NCBI GenBank assembly: GCA_051530055.1
Contig: CM121343.1
Span: forward strand, 1,954,389-2,018,388
Length of the DNA: 64,000 nucleotides
Source: Neoechinorhynchus agilis
Taxonomy: Eukaryota > Animalia > Acanthocephala
Direction: 5' to 3'
This document shows positions 1-14,365 of the stretch, piece after piece (positions within the stretch are counted from its first letter, which is position 1; each line of letters starts with the position of its first letter). Under the pieces are notes generated by a model, which was not told the DNA's origin, searched no databases, and worked only from the letters and a program-made list of their open reading frames with translations. Position numbers and translations under genes: made by a program.

Positions 1-3000
1 ATGCCCATTGTTAAGACCAGTAACAGTGCATTTGCATTCCTAAACGTAGCTTGTATTAACAAATCGAAAAGTCGTATTTGGGTGGACATCACCTTAGTAC
101 TGTTCGGTACGAGGGTCCAATCACTATCGGCCTCATTAATATCTCTTTTTTCGACTGCATAATTTGTTATCTTAGAACCGCCATTATCATTTGGCCGTTG
201 CCATGTTATTGTGCACTCCGACTTGCCAATGTCCGTGACAGCTAGCGGTCCCTGAACCTTTCCTGGTACGTCATGTACATTTAGATTAAAGGGAGCATTC
301 AAGTTGCCCGAATCGCCAGCGATATTCAAAATATATGCTCCGGCATCAGCGCGACATGCATCGTCCATTGAAACAGTAACAGTTCCGTCGATTTCAATCA
401 CCTTGATCTCATTTCCCAAGCGAACTGTTTCGCCATCTTTAGTTAGTTTAAACGTAAAAGGTCCTTCTCCACGCACTGGCAGCTTCATTCTAAAGGTTTC
501 ATGAGCACTCACGGACTGGTCCTTTGTGTATTCATCGACTTTTAGGGGTTCTGCATTGCAATGCTTTTAATGGCAATTAACAGCATTTAATAGACTGACC
601 TTTCAATCTAACAAAGCATTCACTTCTCGCGTTACCAAATGGGTTCTTGAGCTCGCAACAAATGCTTGATCTGTCATCGCTTTCCCATACATCTGATATG
701 CGTAGTGTTGATGAGTTATCCCCTTTTTCTAGTGAATATCTCAATCCGGGCGTTATCATTATTCCGTTTTTGAACCTAAATCATGAGCGCTTCATCTGTC
801 GTCAATACCAAAAAACCAACCATGTAACTTCAGGAGCAGGCAACGCTTCAAACTTGACCGAAAATACGCTAGGTTGATTAACTAATATTTCCTGATCTTT
901 CAATGATTCAATAAATTCAGGTTTGCAACCGTCTAAATGAGCGCACTTATTGTTGGAGGCGGCGTTGAAAATCACTCGTACTCGAAAATTGAGTTATTCG
1001 TATAGGTGCCGTCGATAAACTAGCTTCAGATTCCCCGGCATCATTAAGTGCCTTTAAGCGGAACTCTTGCAGCGAATATTCGGGAAGCCCACGGATAGAG
1101 ACGACATCAGTTAGATCTTCGGCTCTTATTGTATCACCCGTTTTCCAATCTGCGTCCGTCGGACTCTTGTATTCAATTTTATAGCTTGTTACTGGATAAC
1201 CAGGCGATTCAATGGGTACGTCCCAGTTTAATGATACAAAATCCTTGCCTACATCCACTATATTTGGCTTGTTTGGTTTAAGCGGTTTCTCTAGTTTTAA
1301 TGATTGAATCACAAATGCAATTTTATTTAATGGTACATACTTATTGATTCCTTCGTCATGGCATCCCTGTCTAATTCAGTAGGCTCACTGAATCCCGCTT
1401 CATTTTTTGCTTTTATTCGGAATTCATAGATCACCCCTGGGACTAGGTTTTCAACTATACTGAGATTCTTTAAATTTACAAAAGTAAGACGTTTAAATAC
1501 CTTTGACTTCGCTAACTCTCGGCTGAACATGTTGAATAGGCATCCAAACTTCCTCGCCCTTTTTTCTCATATCTATGACATATTCCGATATTTTTGAGCC
1601 TCCATCGCTTCTTGGTCGTGCCCAAGACAAATCGATCGATTGTAAATCGCTTGACGTAGCTTTAAAATCCAACGGTTTTTCAGGTGAGGCTAAAGAAGCA
1701 ATTTAACCTCGAGTGTAGTTCAAACTACTCTTACAGAAAGGAAAACGCGCTACAATTGGATCGGACATTTGTAGTGGTTCTGATAGACCGCACAAGTTTT
1801 CTGCGAATACTCGGAATTTATACTGGTGTCCAGGTTCTAGATCCGAAACTTCGAACGATGTGCTTTTGCAAGTTTTAGAAATTGACTCCCAAAAGTCGGG
1901 ATTATTCAGGTCAGTCATCTCAATAACATAATTGGTAATGCTTTCACCTCCGTCATGCTAGCACAGAAAATGTTACCACAAATTATTTCGGTTAAAATTA
2001 CCTTCGGTGGTTCCCAAGAAATTCGACACCCGTCGGGTCGTAAGTTCGCAACCTGTATAGGGCCGTTTGGTTGGCTAGGAGTGTCTAGAACAACTAAGTT
2101 GACTACTCCAGTTTCCTTTCCATGTACATTTTCAAGCGAAAATGTATACGCTCCAGCCTGATTCAGTTCTGCTTTGTCAGATGATACCAGCACTTGTCCA
2201 TCTTGAACCTGCAGTTTGAGATCGCTTGCTCCCATTGGCAAGACATCTCTTTTGCTAAGCTGTGCAACTGGCATGGGTGAAGCAACGAATGGGATCCGAA
2301 ACATTATAGGCTGATTTCGTTTAACTTTTACGTCTTTTCTACCCACTTCAAACCCGTACAAAACAGGTCGGGCATCAGGAGCCCGAGGTTGTAAGGGTTC
2401 ATCTGACGCACACCAATCACCTTGACCAGCCTTGTTAACCGCTGATACTCGAACGTCGTACTGTTTTCCTTCTGTCAATCCAAAAATCGTTATTTCATTG
2501 TCCCGGACTGGTTGCTTATTAGCTGCGATCCACTTTTGACCCTCTGTGTCTTTGTACTCCACCATGTACCCACTTATCTCATTGCCTCCATCATCTAGCG
2601 GTTTTTCCCATTGAACTGCTACACTGGAGTAATTATACTGTTTATAACTTATTTCTGAAGGTTGACCAGGTACATTGAACGGATATTTGATATTTACTGG
2701 CGAGGAAGTTATTAAGGGTTCACTTTTGCCAATATCATTTTGGGCAAAAATCCTGAATTCGTATTTTTTTCCGGTGGAAAGTTCATTCATATTGCACTCG
2801 GTAGACCGAAAATTTCCTGCTACTGTTTCCCAATCTTTATTCGTATCGGCTAGCCTCCTTTCAACAATGTACTTTCCAAGCGGTAATCCACCATCGTCGG
2901 CCGGAGGAGACCAATTTAACACGCAACTGCTGTCTTCTATCTTTGAGATTTCCAAAGGGCCAGAGGGAGGACTAGGCACGTCTTGAACCGTAACGTTGAT

Positions 3001-6000
3001 CGGTAGTCGCACACTTCCCAACCGATTAATAAGCTCTATCTCATATAGTCCAGAATCGCTTCGTGTTGCATCATTCTTATCTACAGTAATATAGTCCTGT
3101 AATACGCTTACATTGAAATCTTTGCCGTCGTCCTCCAGCTCAAATCCATTCTTATATAACTTATAAGACGTATTGGAACCTGATAAATGCCCGAATTTCA
3201 TTTTTAGCGGGTCGTGAGCTTTTACTGTGATATGCTGAGGTCCGTAAATGCCAACAAATTCTGGTTTCTTCGTATCATCAATATATGCGGATACAGTTGC
3301 ATCACTAGGCCTGCTCAATCCAGCATCATTTCGTGCTTGTATTCTGAAGCACGCCTTCGATACGTCGCCCAAATCGGAAATAGTAAACTTCTTGTCTTCA
3401 TAAGGAGCTGTGCCTGCATGCCTCCACGTAAGCCCATTATCCTCACTGATTTCGATTATTACCTCGGAAGGATAAGACTCATCATTCACATCTACGTCCT
3501 TTTTCCAAGTTAAGGTGCAAGATTCGTTTGTTACATTTTCGACGTTTGGCAAGCTAGGAACACCGGGTATAGTGATCTTTTTCCTTGTTTCTTGATCTTC
3601 TGATGGTAAGCTTGCCTTGCCCTCGCCAGCTTCATTCAACGCTTTAACCCGAAATCGATATGTTTGGTTTTCGACTAGATCTGTAGCTTCGAATGTATTG
3701 AGTGTAGTGGGGCGCCTCGAAACGGGTTTCCATTTGTCAGCGTCTGCTGTTTTCATTTCAACCATATATCCTGTAATCGGGTTGCCGCCGTCTTTTTCGG
3801 GTCTTGTCCACTGTACTTTTATGCACGATGGACTGTAATCGATAATTTGTGGCTGCCCAGGCTGCGATGGCGGATCAAACGGTGGCTTGATCGTGACATA
3901 TGATTCCGCATCCAATGGCTCACTGCACCCGAATTTGTTTTCTGCTCGAACCCTAAATTTGTACTTGGCATTCTGTTTTAAATTTTGTACAGTGTATTTG
4001 CAGGTAGTTGCGGCATCAGAGCATAATATCCATTCATCACTTCCTTCTTGTTGTTTCTCCACTCTGTAATCTAAAAACAGTGCTCATTTCCACTATTCAA
4101 TTAAGCTTATCATGATCATACTCAAAATGGCTGAATTTCCATCATTCGCTGGCTGAGTCCAATTGAGAGTAATCCGATCAGTGCTGGGATTTGAAAATTC
4201 AATAGGACCAACGGGCATGGCCGGAACGTCTTATTGACAGAATTACTTGAGAGTTAACGAAGTTTCATGATATACCTAGAACTGTAAGGTTAACTTTCAC
4301 CTCTGATTTTCCCATTTCGTTTTCGGCCTCAAGAAGATATATGCCGTTGTCCTCAAAATTCACTTTTGCCTTAGAAATTTTGACACCCTCGGTGTTATTC
4401 GTTTCGATTTCAAAGCTATTGCAAAATTCAGAGTTATTTTCATCGATAAAAGATCACAATCCTACCCAGTAGATCTATCTGGTGCTTGTTCCGATTTCCA
4501 CGTCAATTGTGGATGTGGCGATCCGGTTAATAAAAAGCTGAAGTCGAATGCTTCTCCCGCTTTGACTTTTAAATTATAGCTCCCATTTATGGGAGAAATG
4601 GACGTTGTTATTTTCGGCTCCTCTGAACATGCAGTTTACATAATTTCCGATATTTTTACTCAAATCATACCTTTTTCAGGTTTTGCCACGATTGTATCCG
4701 ACTCATCGCTATTTTCGCTTTGTCCAGCAATATTGCATGCATAAACACGATACCGGTACTCATTATCAGAGCGTACTTTATTATCCTCATACTCGAGTTC
4801 CTAGAAAAGTATCTAGAAGTTTAACCATAGTCATCCACAAACTCACAGTTGCAGATAATTTATCGAGGCGGCGCCATTTATTTGTTAAATTATCGAACCT
4901 TTCGATTATGTAGCATTGAACGGTAGCGCCTCCATCTGATGGGGGTTCGCTCCATCTAATTTTGATAGCACTTCTGTCTCTTGACACAACAAGTGGCTTG
5001 CCAGGAGCATCCGGTTTATCATAAGGATCCTTCACCAGTGTCATGCATTCTGTTGTTAATGCTTCACTGACACCTTCAAAATTTTCAGCTTTTACTCTAA
5101 ATTCGTATTCCCTTCCTTCCTTTAAATTAGCTACTTTACAGGATGGTTCTGTTAATAAGTCGTTCACTTTAGTCCATTCGCCTCCCTTTTCCCGTTTTTC
5201 AACGATATAATTTAATAAAGGCCTGCCGCCCATATGCAGGGGAACCATCCATTCTAGATTTACCGAGCTCTTCGTGACATTTGACACTTGCAATGGTCCA
5301 ACAGGTGGACTGGGTTTGTCTGGATAAAAATTAACCGAAGATTACCCAAACATATTCGACCTACCTAAAACGAGTATCTCGATTTCAGCACTGTCAGATC
5401 CCACTTCATTTGCCAGTTGAAGTGTGTATGTCCCCGAGTTGTTCCGATCGGGACTATTTATCATCAGGCAAGTATTATTCTCCTCAGTCAAGAAATTGGC
5501 ATCATTTTTGTTTAATTCCTAAATTTCTGCACTTAATCTATTATAACATTTATTTCACATACTTTTCCGTTAAAAAGCCAAGTCACCTTTGGCTGAGGTT
5601 CTGCTGTAAATGGAACTTTAATTGCTAACTGTTGAGATGATTTGATTTGCAGTGGTTTTAGTGCAGTTTTCTCAATACGTGGAGCTACTGCAGGTGGAAT
5701 CTCTCAGTAACATTACACGGCAACAACTTTGTTAACTCACGTTTGTTCTTTAGCGTATGAATGACAGTGGAATTCTCACTAGCCTTCCCTTTTCCTGCCA
5801 CATTGACTGCAGTTACGCGGAACTCATAATCCGTATTATCTTTTAGATCATCGATTAATACCTCGTTAAGATTACCGTTCGTTTCTGCAACCTATAATTA
5901 CAGTAAGCGATGAAACCTTCCTTTAGGATACTTATGATTCTCACATTTGACCAATGCCCAGACTTGCTCCTCATTTCAATCAAATACTTTTCGACCCTGG

Positions 6001-9000
6001 CGTTTTCGGCACTTTGTGCGGCTACCCATTTAAGTCGAATACTATTGTTGGTGACTTCACATGCCACCGGAGTTCCGGGTGCAGATGGTGGATCTTTTAA
6101 ATTAACACAATAGGTATTTTATGCATTCTTAGGTACTTATTGGTACACCTACCGAATTCCGGTTTTGCCAATATGGATTTTTCAGTTTCTAAATACTCAT
6201 TGCCCTGTCCGGCCTGGGATATTGCTTTCACACGGAATTTGTATCGTTTTCCTTCATCTAGTTCTGGAACGGTATATCGCCCTTCAGCACACTGTCCGAC
6301 TGCTATCCATTCTCCAAGAGACTCATCTAACTTCTCAACGATGTAGCCTGTAATTGGCCTGCCACCATCATCTATAGGAGGTTGCCATGTAATGGAACAC
6401 GAGTTATTTGTGACCCGGGTAATTTTTATAGGACCTGTAGGTGCTTTCGGCGGCTCTATATGAAGTTCCTGTAAAATTAAAATACAAGAAGGCTAACTTG
6501 TGTACCCGTCACATGAATTTTTACATCAAGTTGTGATGTGCCAATATTATTACTAGCAATTATTGAATACGTTCCTGTGTCTCCTCGTGCAGCTTTCGTC
6601 ACGATCAGTACTAATCCGTCCGGAGTTTCCTCTTTCTTGATGTTACTATTCTTGACACTTTTCCCATTCACAAGAATCTTATAGCTGGGTTTCGGTTTTC
6701 CTTTCAAATTTTTTATATTGCCGTAAATAATGCGTCAATTAATTATCATAGCATACCAATAGCTTTTACGGGGATCCGGATCTCCTCTCCAACTGTGGCC
6801 CATACGCTACCTATTTCATTTTCGAACTTAGGCTTGTAATCGGCTATTTAAATAAAAATTATTGTCTGAATACTTTAAGCAATTTTTACCTTCTTCAATC
6901 TCTACACTGCATTTAGATTCAATGTCGTCAACTATAATTGAATACTGGCCAGCACTTGCAACGGAAGGGTTGCTTATCTTTAATTGATAATTTCCTTCTG
7001 AATCGCTTGTAATTTTACAACTGTGATCGAAATAAAAACAAACATTTGGTCACAAATTCTTAATTCTATGCTCAACTCACCTGTCGCTCGGCATCACTCG
7101 GTGACCGTCTTTAAACCAAGAGATTAATTTGTCATTCATATTCAATTGCAGCTTCAATACTAGGTCATCTCCTTCTTTTATTTGTACATTAGAAAGTCCT
7201 TGTTTTATTTTAAGTGCCGCTAAATTAAAAAATTTATTATATTTTAAGGTAATTTTGAATCTCGAATTGATGATTAAAAGGAGTTAAAAATTTACAAAAC
7301 TATTTGATGAAAATTCAAAAATCCGTTTGTCAGCGTTATTAACATACATGAAAATCTTTACGATTCCTAACATTTGACATTTAGCAGCAGTAATTTACGA
7401 AATCGTAGTCATAGGAAGCATTTAAGTTACGATCTTTTTCCTTACAACCAACACGTTAAACATCAATTCACGGAAATCATTGGACAGATGGAAATAATTT
7501 CTCCACGCTATTAAAATCAAAACTTTGTTCCTAATTATTATTATCGATTTTTCTAATTTGTTAACTTACGTTTAACTTGGGTGTTAGTAAACGTTGACAT
7601 GACTCCAGTTCTGCATTCGTATTTTCCGCTGTGGAGACTGGGATCAGAGTTATGTATAATCATTTTACGAATGTGTCCATCGGATATAAACGTATATTTA
7701 TCGGTCATAATGTCCTGGTTTATAACCTAACGGAAAAGCACTCAATGTATTATCTACATATTTCGCCAATAACGAACTTCACCCTGATAGAACCATTCAC
7801 ATTCTGCTTCTGGGTCTTCAACTTCGACTTCCAAGACAAGATCATCGTGCTCATTCACAACGATCGAATCGGGTAGCTTGCGGCGAAATCTCCATTGTGG
7901 CTCCGTGACATACAAATAGCATGTAGTTTTAGATTGACGCTCATCATCTATCATACAAGTAAAAACTCCTTCGTCTTCTTTTTGCGTTCGCTGGATCCGG
8001 AGTACGCAGCGGACTCCATCGATATACATTTTGAAATGCTCATTGTCCGGCTGATAGACAGATTTTTAAGATACAGTAAAATCTATGCGATCTTACTTTT
8101 ATCTGCTCTTTTCCCTTAAACCACTTAATCGGACAATCCTGATTATTAACGTGACACTCCAAAATTGTTGGCTTTGTACGAAAAACTTCCATTTTAGTCG
8201 CAAGCAACTTATAAAACTCATAGACAACTTTTCCAGCCGCCACTTCAAGCCATGCTTTTGTTTCGATTCCATTCACGGAAACCATGTATCGACCAGAATC
8301 ATCGGGATGGAGCTTTCGAATTATAAGCTTATGCACGGCACCATGCGACACAAAGTTATATTTAAGGCCATGAAATATCTCAACTCTGTTTTTATACCTT
8401 TAATTTAAATATTTAGAGGTAAATAAATTTTTTTAAAACATTTATACCATCGCAACGTGCCGCCATTTTTACAGAAAGTTGCTTGTAGCGTTGCTGTTAA
8501 ATCCATTTCATTCACCTGGAGATCGCTGAGCCCTTTTAACCAACGGTCAGGGTCCTATTTCTTTTGTAAATGCTATCTACTTGGATATTTAGGGTACCTT
8601 TTTCTTAACGGCTGTCTTTTTTAATGAAGGCCATTGAATTGTGTCAGTTCCAGAGGGGCGGCGATCACCGTCACCCTGTAGCCTTTTTATGCTTTTCTCA
8701 TCACCTGATTCCTAATGGATTCCAGAACATTAGATCGAATTAATCGTATTAACTGGACTCACCTGGTCACTAACTATGGAACTGCTACTGGTACCTACGA
8801 AAATTAGTGTCAGACAATACTTAAATACGATTCGCACTTCTACATACTCCTTAAACGTTCACCAGGTAGTTGCTGCGAGGAACGCTTCTTCAGTTGCGAT
8901 CTTAAATCCATGTCTTGACCTTTTTCTGAAGTGATGATTAATGTGACATTGGAACCAAAATGATAAAGATCAACCTTCTACATAAACCCAGAATTCGGCT

Positions 9001-12000
9001 ACTGCATCACCGTCCAAATTTCGAGCTTTCAGCGAATACATTCCTTCGTCAGTCAATTTGGATCTTATGATTTCGAGGCTAATGCTTCCAGTGTTCGGAT
9101 TTTGCTGAATTTTATATTTGGGCCCGTTATTTAGAACCTTGTTCCCTTTCATCCACTCTACTTTTGGAAACGGACTAGCTTCTACTTTAGCATCGACAAT
9201 CAGATTTTTATCTGTACAGGAAGCGCTTTGAATGAAGAATAAAAATGTGAAAATTACAACCTTTTTGAACTTTAACATTTTGAGGAGGAATTAAGAAAAC
9301 TGGAGCTTTTGAGATCGACCGGGTTGCTAAACATGGATTATACATCGAGTGTGGCTCTAATAGTTCACAACCTTTATGCAAATTCGTTTCGCCGTTGTTG
9401 TCTTCTATTTTTAATTTTATTAATGTATTGTAAACAGTTTCATACCTTCAGCCGTAATCTTGATCTGAAAGGAATCCAGGCCGAACTCATTTTGCAGGAT
9501 GCACTTGTATAGACCGGATTGTATCTTGTTGAATGAAGAAAACGACAATCTAGTTGTATTTTCTTTGGTTACAATTTTTACGTTCTGTATCAATTATGAT
9601 TGTTACATGAATAATCGAAATATTCGGTAACCTTTTGTGAATCAATCGCTTTTCCGTTCTTTGTCCATTCAACGATAATAGGTTGATCACCCAAAAACGT
9701 TCCTTCAATCTCACATGACGCTCCGGTTTGAACAACCTAGGAATTATTTTGCTTTAAAGGTCAAACATTCGAAGTCAACACGAACTTTATCCTTTGGCTT
9801 GTTAACAAATTTTGGTGGTGTCCCAATAGACTTTATCTTAACATGCTCTAAAAATATAATAGGTAAATTAATTTATAAATTTGTTCAAATGGTTTTAAAC
9901 CTTCTGTTATTCGGAATCGAATTTTAGCCGAGTTACTGTTTGCACTTTGTGCGATCATCTCGTAATCGCCAACGTCCGCAAGATTTGGATTTAATAAGTT
10001 CATATAAAAGCATGTAATTCCATCCTTAATGATTTTTTGATCCAGATCTACTTTATTAGTGACCTTATAATTGATAACAATACCTAATGGTGTGTTTATT
10101 TCCATGTCAAATTTACCTTTTTTAACTGTACGCCCTCTTTGTACCATGAAGAGGAGGGTGCCTTACCAGAAGAAAATTTACATTCGATCTCCACACGAAG
10201 GGTCCCATCTGAATTCAAAACTTCAGCATTTTGAAGCTCAAGCATTTCTGATTCCTTTATCCTAAAATGAAATACGTTGTAGTTCAAGAAAGCATCAGAA
10301 CATCGTTTGAACGTATACAGAAACTCAATGAAAATAATATGACAATAAAGCACTTTCATTGCGCCGATAAAGGAAAGGTAATAGGAGAACTCGTGGTCTT
10401 TTTTTTGGAACGACCAAAAATGTCATTTAAAACGACTTCTAGCCTTTCTCTTATAAAGTTCCAATATTGGTTGTTTTCTGGCGGAAAAATTGAAATGATT
10501 TTATTTCAAAATCCGATATTTCGGCACAATCTTGTGCTTGTGTCACATATTTAAAAACTTACAAGCAACCTCGATAAAGGCAGAAGATTTATCCGAAATA
10601 TCGGATTTTAAAATAATTTCTCCTCCAGAAAACAACCAATATGAACAATTCAATCTTCAAACAGTTCCAATATCTGTGGGAATTTTGTTTAACGATAAGA
10701 TTGCACGATACATAATAATGAGATTGCAGCGAGCATGGTTTTCATGCTCTAAAGCTATAGCAGTTATCGTTTCATAAGATAGTAAATGAACAAACGAGTA
10801 TTTAATGAAAAACATTTCGCCACCATATTGTATAAAAAATGCTTTAAAGGTTTAAGCTTGGTCGCATACCTATTTTTCGCTATAATCGTATAAGCAAAGG
10901 ATTCTCCGGACTGATTTGCTGCCGACAACTTATAGCAGCCTGCAACCTTAGGTGTCTATAAATTATCATATAGATCAGAGGTTCACTCATGCGTTGTTTT
11001 ACCTTGAACCGTAATTTAGCAATATGTTGCGCTCCTTCTGACTGCGAAGTGATCAAAATTTCTCTTCCATCTTCAATTTTTTCATCGTTTGAATTATACC
11101 AAATGAGTGTTGGGACTTCTTGACTGTACACCTGCGCTTCAATTACAGTATCACCCATCTTCAGATTTTTTATTCTCGCTTCATTCTGACTTGGTATATC
11201 GCCTCGAATAGGTACAATTCCTTTCGCTGCGTGCAAAAATGGTGTTTGACGGAATAAGGAATCGCTATTCAAACCATCGCGTTTCATATTAATTTTAAGT
11301 CCGCCGAATTGATTGATTACAAACAATGTATATTTGGATCCAGAATCACCAAGCGCTGGGGCCGGTAACTCAATTTGAACACCGTAAGTGTTTTCATCCG
11401 TTTGTGCTTTCGAAGCAAAAATTGAAGCTTTAGTAACCCGCTTTCCATTTTTTTGAAAATCAACGATAAAATCTAGAATGCATTTGACTACTAAATCCAG
11501 CTTGATGATGTTGTCATTGTTAGATTTTGTGGATATCGGCCTCGATGTTAAAATGGGCAATGGACCACTAGATGGCCTCCTGTTTAGTTTCATACGCAAT
11601 ATGATTTCCCAATTAAATTCTCATGTGTACTAACCCGCTCACATCTATCGTTTGGAGGTCACAAGAGTACGATTTTTCAAAACTGGTCCCTGTAATGGTT
11701 GCATTGTATTGACCAATATCATTATCCTCTACATCATATATCGCCAATATACTTGAGTAGGATGATTTGCCTTGAATGAGTCTAAATATCAAATCTTAGA
11801 ACAAAACAGTGAGATTTAATCGATCTTACAAAGTCCTATATCTATCCGTTTTGCTTAAATCAGCAGTTCCTTTGTTCAGCGTCCATTTACATTTGGGTTC
11901 GAAATTCGATGAAAACGTAAAATTTATGACTGCAATGTTTTTGAAAAAAACTTGAAAAGTTTTACTGATAACTTCAACGCCTTCGTTTGTCCCGCGTTGG

Positions 12001-12463
12001 CTCGTTGACCTACATATCAACTTGCTTTGCTGAGATTAATTTACGCGTGAACATACCTCTTTAGCTTAGAAATTTTCTGATCTGCGACCTTAGTTTTCTC
12101 AACTGGTGTTTCCTCTGGATCGCGCTGTTCCAATACATTTTCTTGTATGTTTTCAAGTTTTGGTATACTGGTAACAGGTAATTCAACATTCAATTGGCCT
12201 TTGAAGTTTCTAACTTCGCACTTGTATACACCGCAGTCATCCTTGTTAAACTTTTTGATCGATAGTGATGCAATATAGCATTCAGCATTTCCCTTAACGT
12301 CTGTTTTATGGCGAAATCCTTCTCGGATGGGATTTCCATTGAGAGTCCATCCATAGGTTGGTTTCGGAGCAGCTTTGACTTCGAACGATATGCACACGGT
12401 CCCATTTGAATCTATTCCTGATACACTTGCAGGTTTTACAAGGTGCGGTGGTGACCTCGACAT
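1..12463 (-). CDS. unc-22: Twitchin/projectin (titin-family giant muscle protein), multi-exon 5' portion; continues beyond window position 1
   Basis: Successive minus-strand exons encode I-set Ig domains (e.g. 12041-12463, 8970-9278) followed by Fn3-Fn3-Ig super-repeats (1915-4062 PPSQPGQPQIIDYSPSCIKVQWTRPEKDGGNPITGYMVE; 4787-5293), joined by short GT-AG introns. The kinase domain is not in the window. The start Met at 12463 is inferred. Confidence 0.88.
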
Positions 12464-12855
12464 GCCTATCGATTACGGATTATCGATTATATTGAACGCT
12501 GTGAGGCCTCTAATGTCTGGAAAGGAAATTATTTATTGGCAGTGAGTTATATGTTCCGAATTTTCAGACGGTAATAACGAGTATAGTAGTGTTTGTTCTA
12601 GATTAAGTAGCACTAATGGGAGTACGAGGATTACTCAGAAGATTATAAAAATGCTGATCAGTGTTAGTTTTTTTTGGGTCTCTAACTCACCAATAGTACA
12701 ACCTAAGGATTTGAGTTTCGTTATAGTAAAAACTAAGACTAAAGACCAACTTTTTGAACACTGATACAGATAATAGCGCCCAAGCGTCGAATTAAATGCC
12801 TAGAGACGATCGAGCGATGATGATGGAGGAAACTGCTTTCTATGAGCATCCCACG

Positions 12856-13480
12856 TTACATAGTGTTGGTGCGAATGTGTATACAGGAACCTCTTCCTGA
12901 TTTTCTTTGCAGACTGGCGCGTCTGCCATTTAGTATCACAACGTGCAAAACCTTCGCAAAAAGCAACACAAAGATAATATGCTCCGCCATCGTGCCGTCT
13001 TCATAACAGAAGTCAGCAGGAAGGTAGTACCAAAGTACTAATGCGATGTCTGTACTTGTCTGTGGATTCCAAAGTGTTTCACACATCCACCAGGGAACTC
13101 TTCTTCACTCTCGTGACATTTGTGTCGTTTTGTACCGCAAAGCTAAGATTGATTTGAAATACACATCGATCTCGTAGGTAAATTTTTTGGAAAAAATCGA
13201 CACAGCCAAGACCACAAATACCTCATAGAATTTCCAGCAATATTATTATTGCCTATAATCAACATCCAGCCGGCAATGATCGCGGCATGCGTGTACACAC
13301 ACAGAGTCATCCACTTCTCATGAGCGTTAATCGCGCCTATCATTATTATCCGCTACACATCCACAACCGAACCCATCTAAGAGCTCTTCTAATTTTACCG
13401 CAGAAGGTCTCCGCCTGCGACAAATATCGCATATCGCAAGCGATTGCGTGCTGGGATGCCAACGATTGTCATTGTCCTTA
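12856..13480 (-). CDS. Possible small multi-exon membrane protein, family not recognised
   Basis: Hydrophobic ORF pieces (13143-13343, 12856-13086) with GT/AG sites between them. I could not build a fully consistent splice model. Confidence 0.2.
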
Positions 13481-14365
13481 TATAAAATAGATAAGATCAC
13501 GACTGGCCAAAGACTGTCAAGGGAATTAGCGTAGAACAATGGAAGTGGAATTCTGCGTCCTGTTTGGATAGAAAGCGTTTTAGGTCTTAGATAATTCTAA
13601 GATAAATCGACCCGTTCTAATGTCCTTTTGTAGAGTCGACTGCTTTTGCTGCTTAAGAAATGCCTTAAAAGTTTCGGCCATTGAACAAATCTAATGAGAA
13701 AACTCAAGTGACCAAAATAAAAAAACCCAAGATTCCATTGAAATTCGAGGGAAGAAGTGAACGTGGTTAAAAGTACGTTTATAAGAAATCGCAGCAGTCA
13801 AAATCAGAAGTCATACTCCTGCGCTTACTACGACGATATAGATTTATCGATCCAAAATAATAGCGGCCAAGAAGAGAAGATAATCTGATTGATTTTTGGA
13901 GACAAAAGTTGACATTTAAATCTGATAAAACTTGTGATGTTTATATATAGGAATTCCGTGCTAGAATTGTTCTTTGTAAATCCATACGCGATCTTATAAA
14001 CCCACAAATTTTTTAATCTGAAGGTCCAGAACCATGCTGGAGATATAGATCTGAATTGTATACGTGACTCAGGATATAAAATCGCAAAAATAAAGAATTT
14101 GGCTGTACAAATCTCGAGAAAATCCATACCGGGATGTTAAGTTTTGACTTGTGGTGAACATAATTACCCGGTTAAAAATGATTTTATTCTTCTGAAATAT
14201 TTCGAAAGAGGAAACCTCGCCTCACCTCAATCATTGTTTGCAAGTGTTTACGACGTTTCACCTTAATTTTTCATATAGAAAATCAGCGTAACTGTAGACC
14301 AATCGTTCACTTTTGATGCTACTTTAATATTATGTACACTCGCATGCCACCATAAGCAACGTCAA

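Noticed and set aside
12658-12766. Short CAGTGTT...AACACTG inverted termini (MITE?)
   Set aside because: The match is only about 9 bp, the interior is not complementary and there is no clear TSD.
12856-13086. Resemblance to an ELO fatty-acid elongase
   Set aside because: It lacks the HxxHH motif, and the similarity is too vague.
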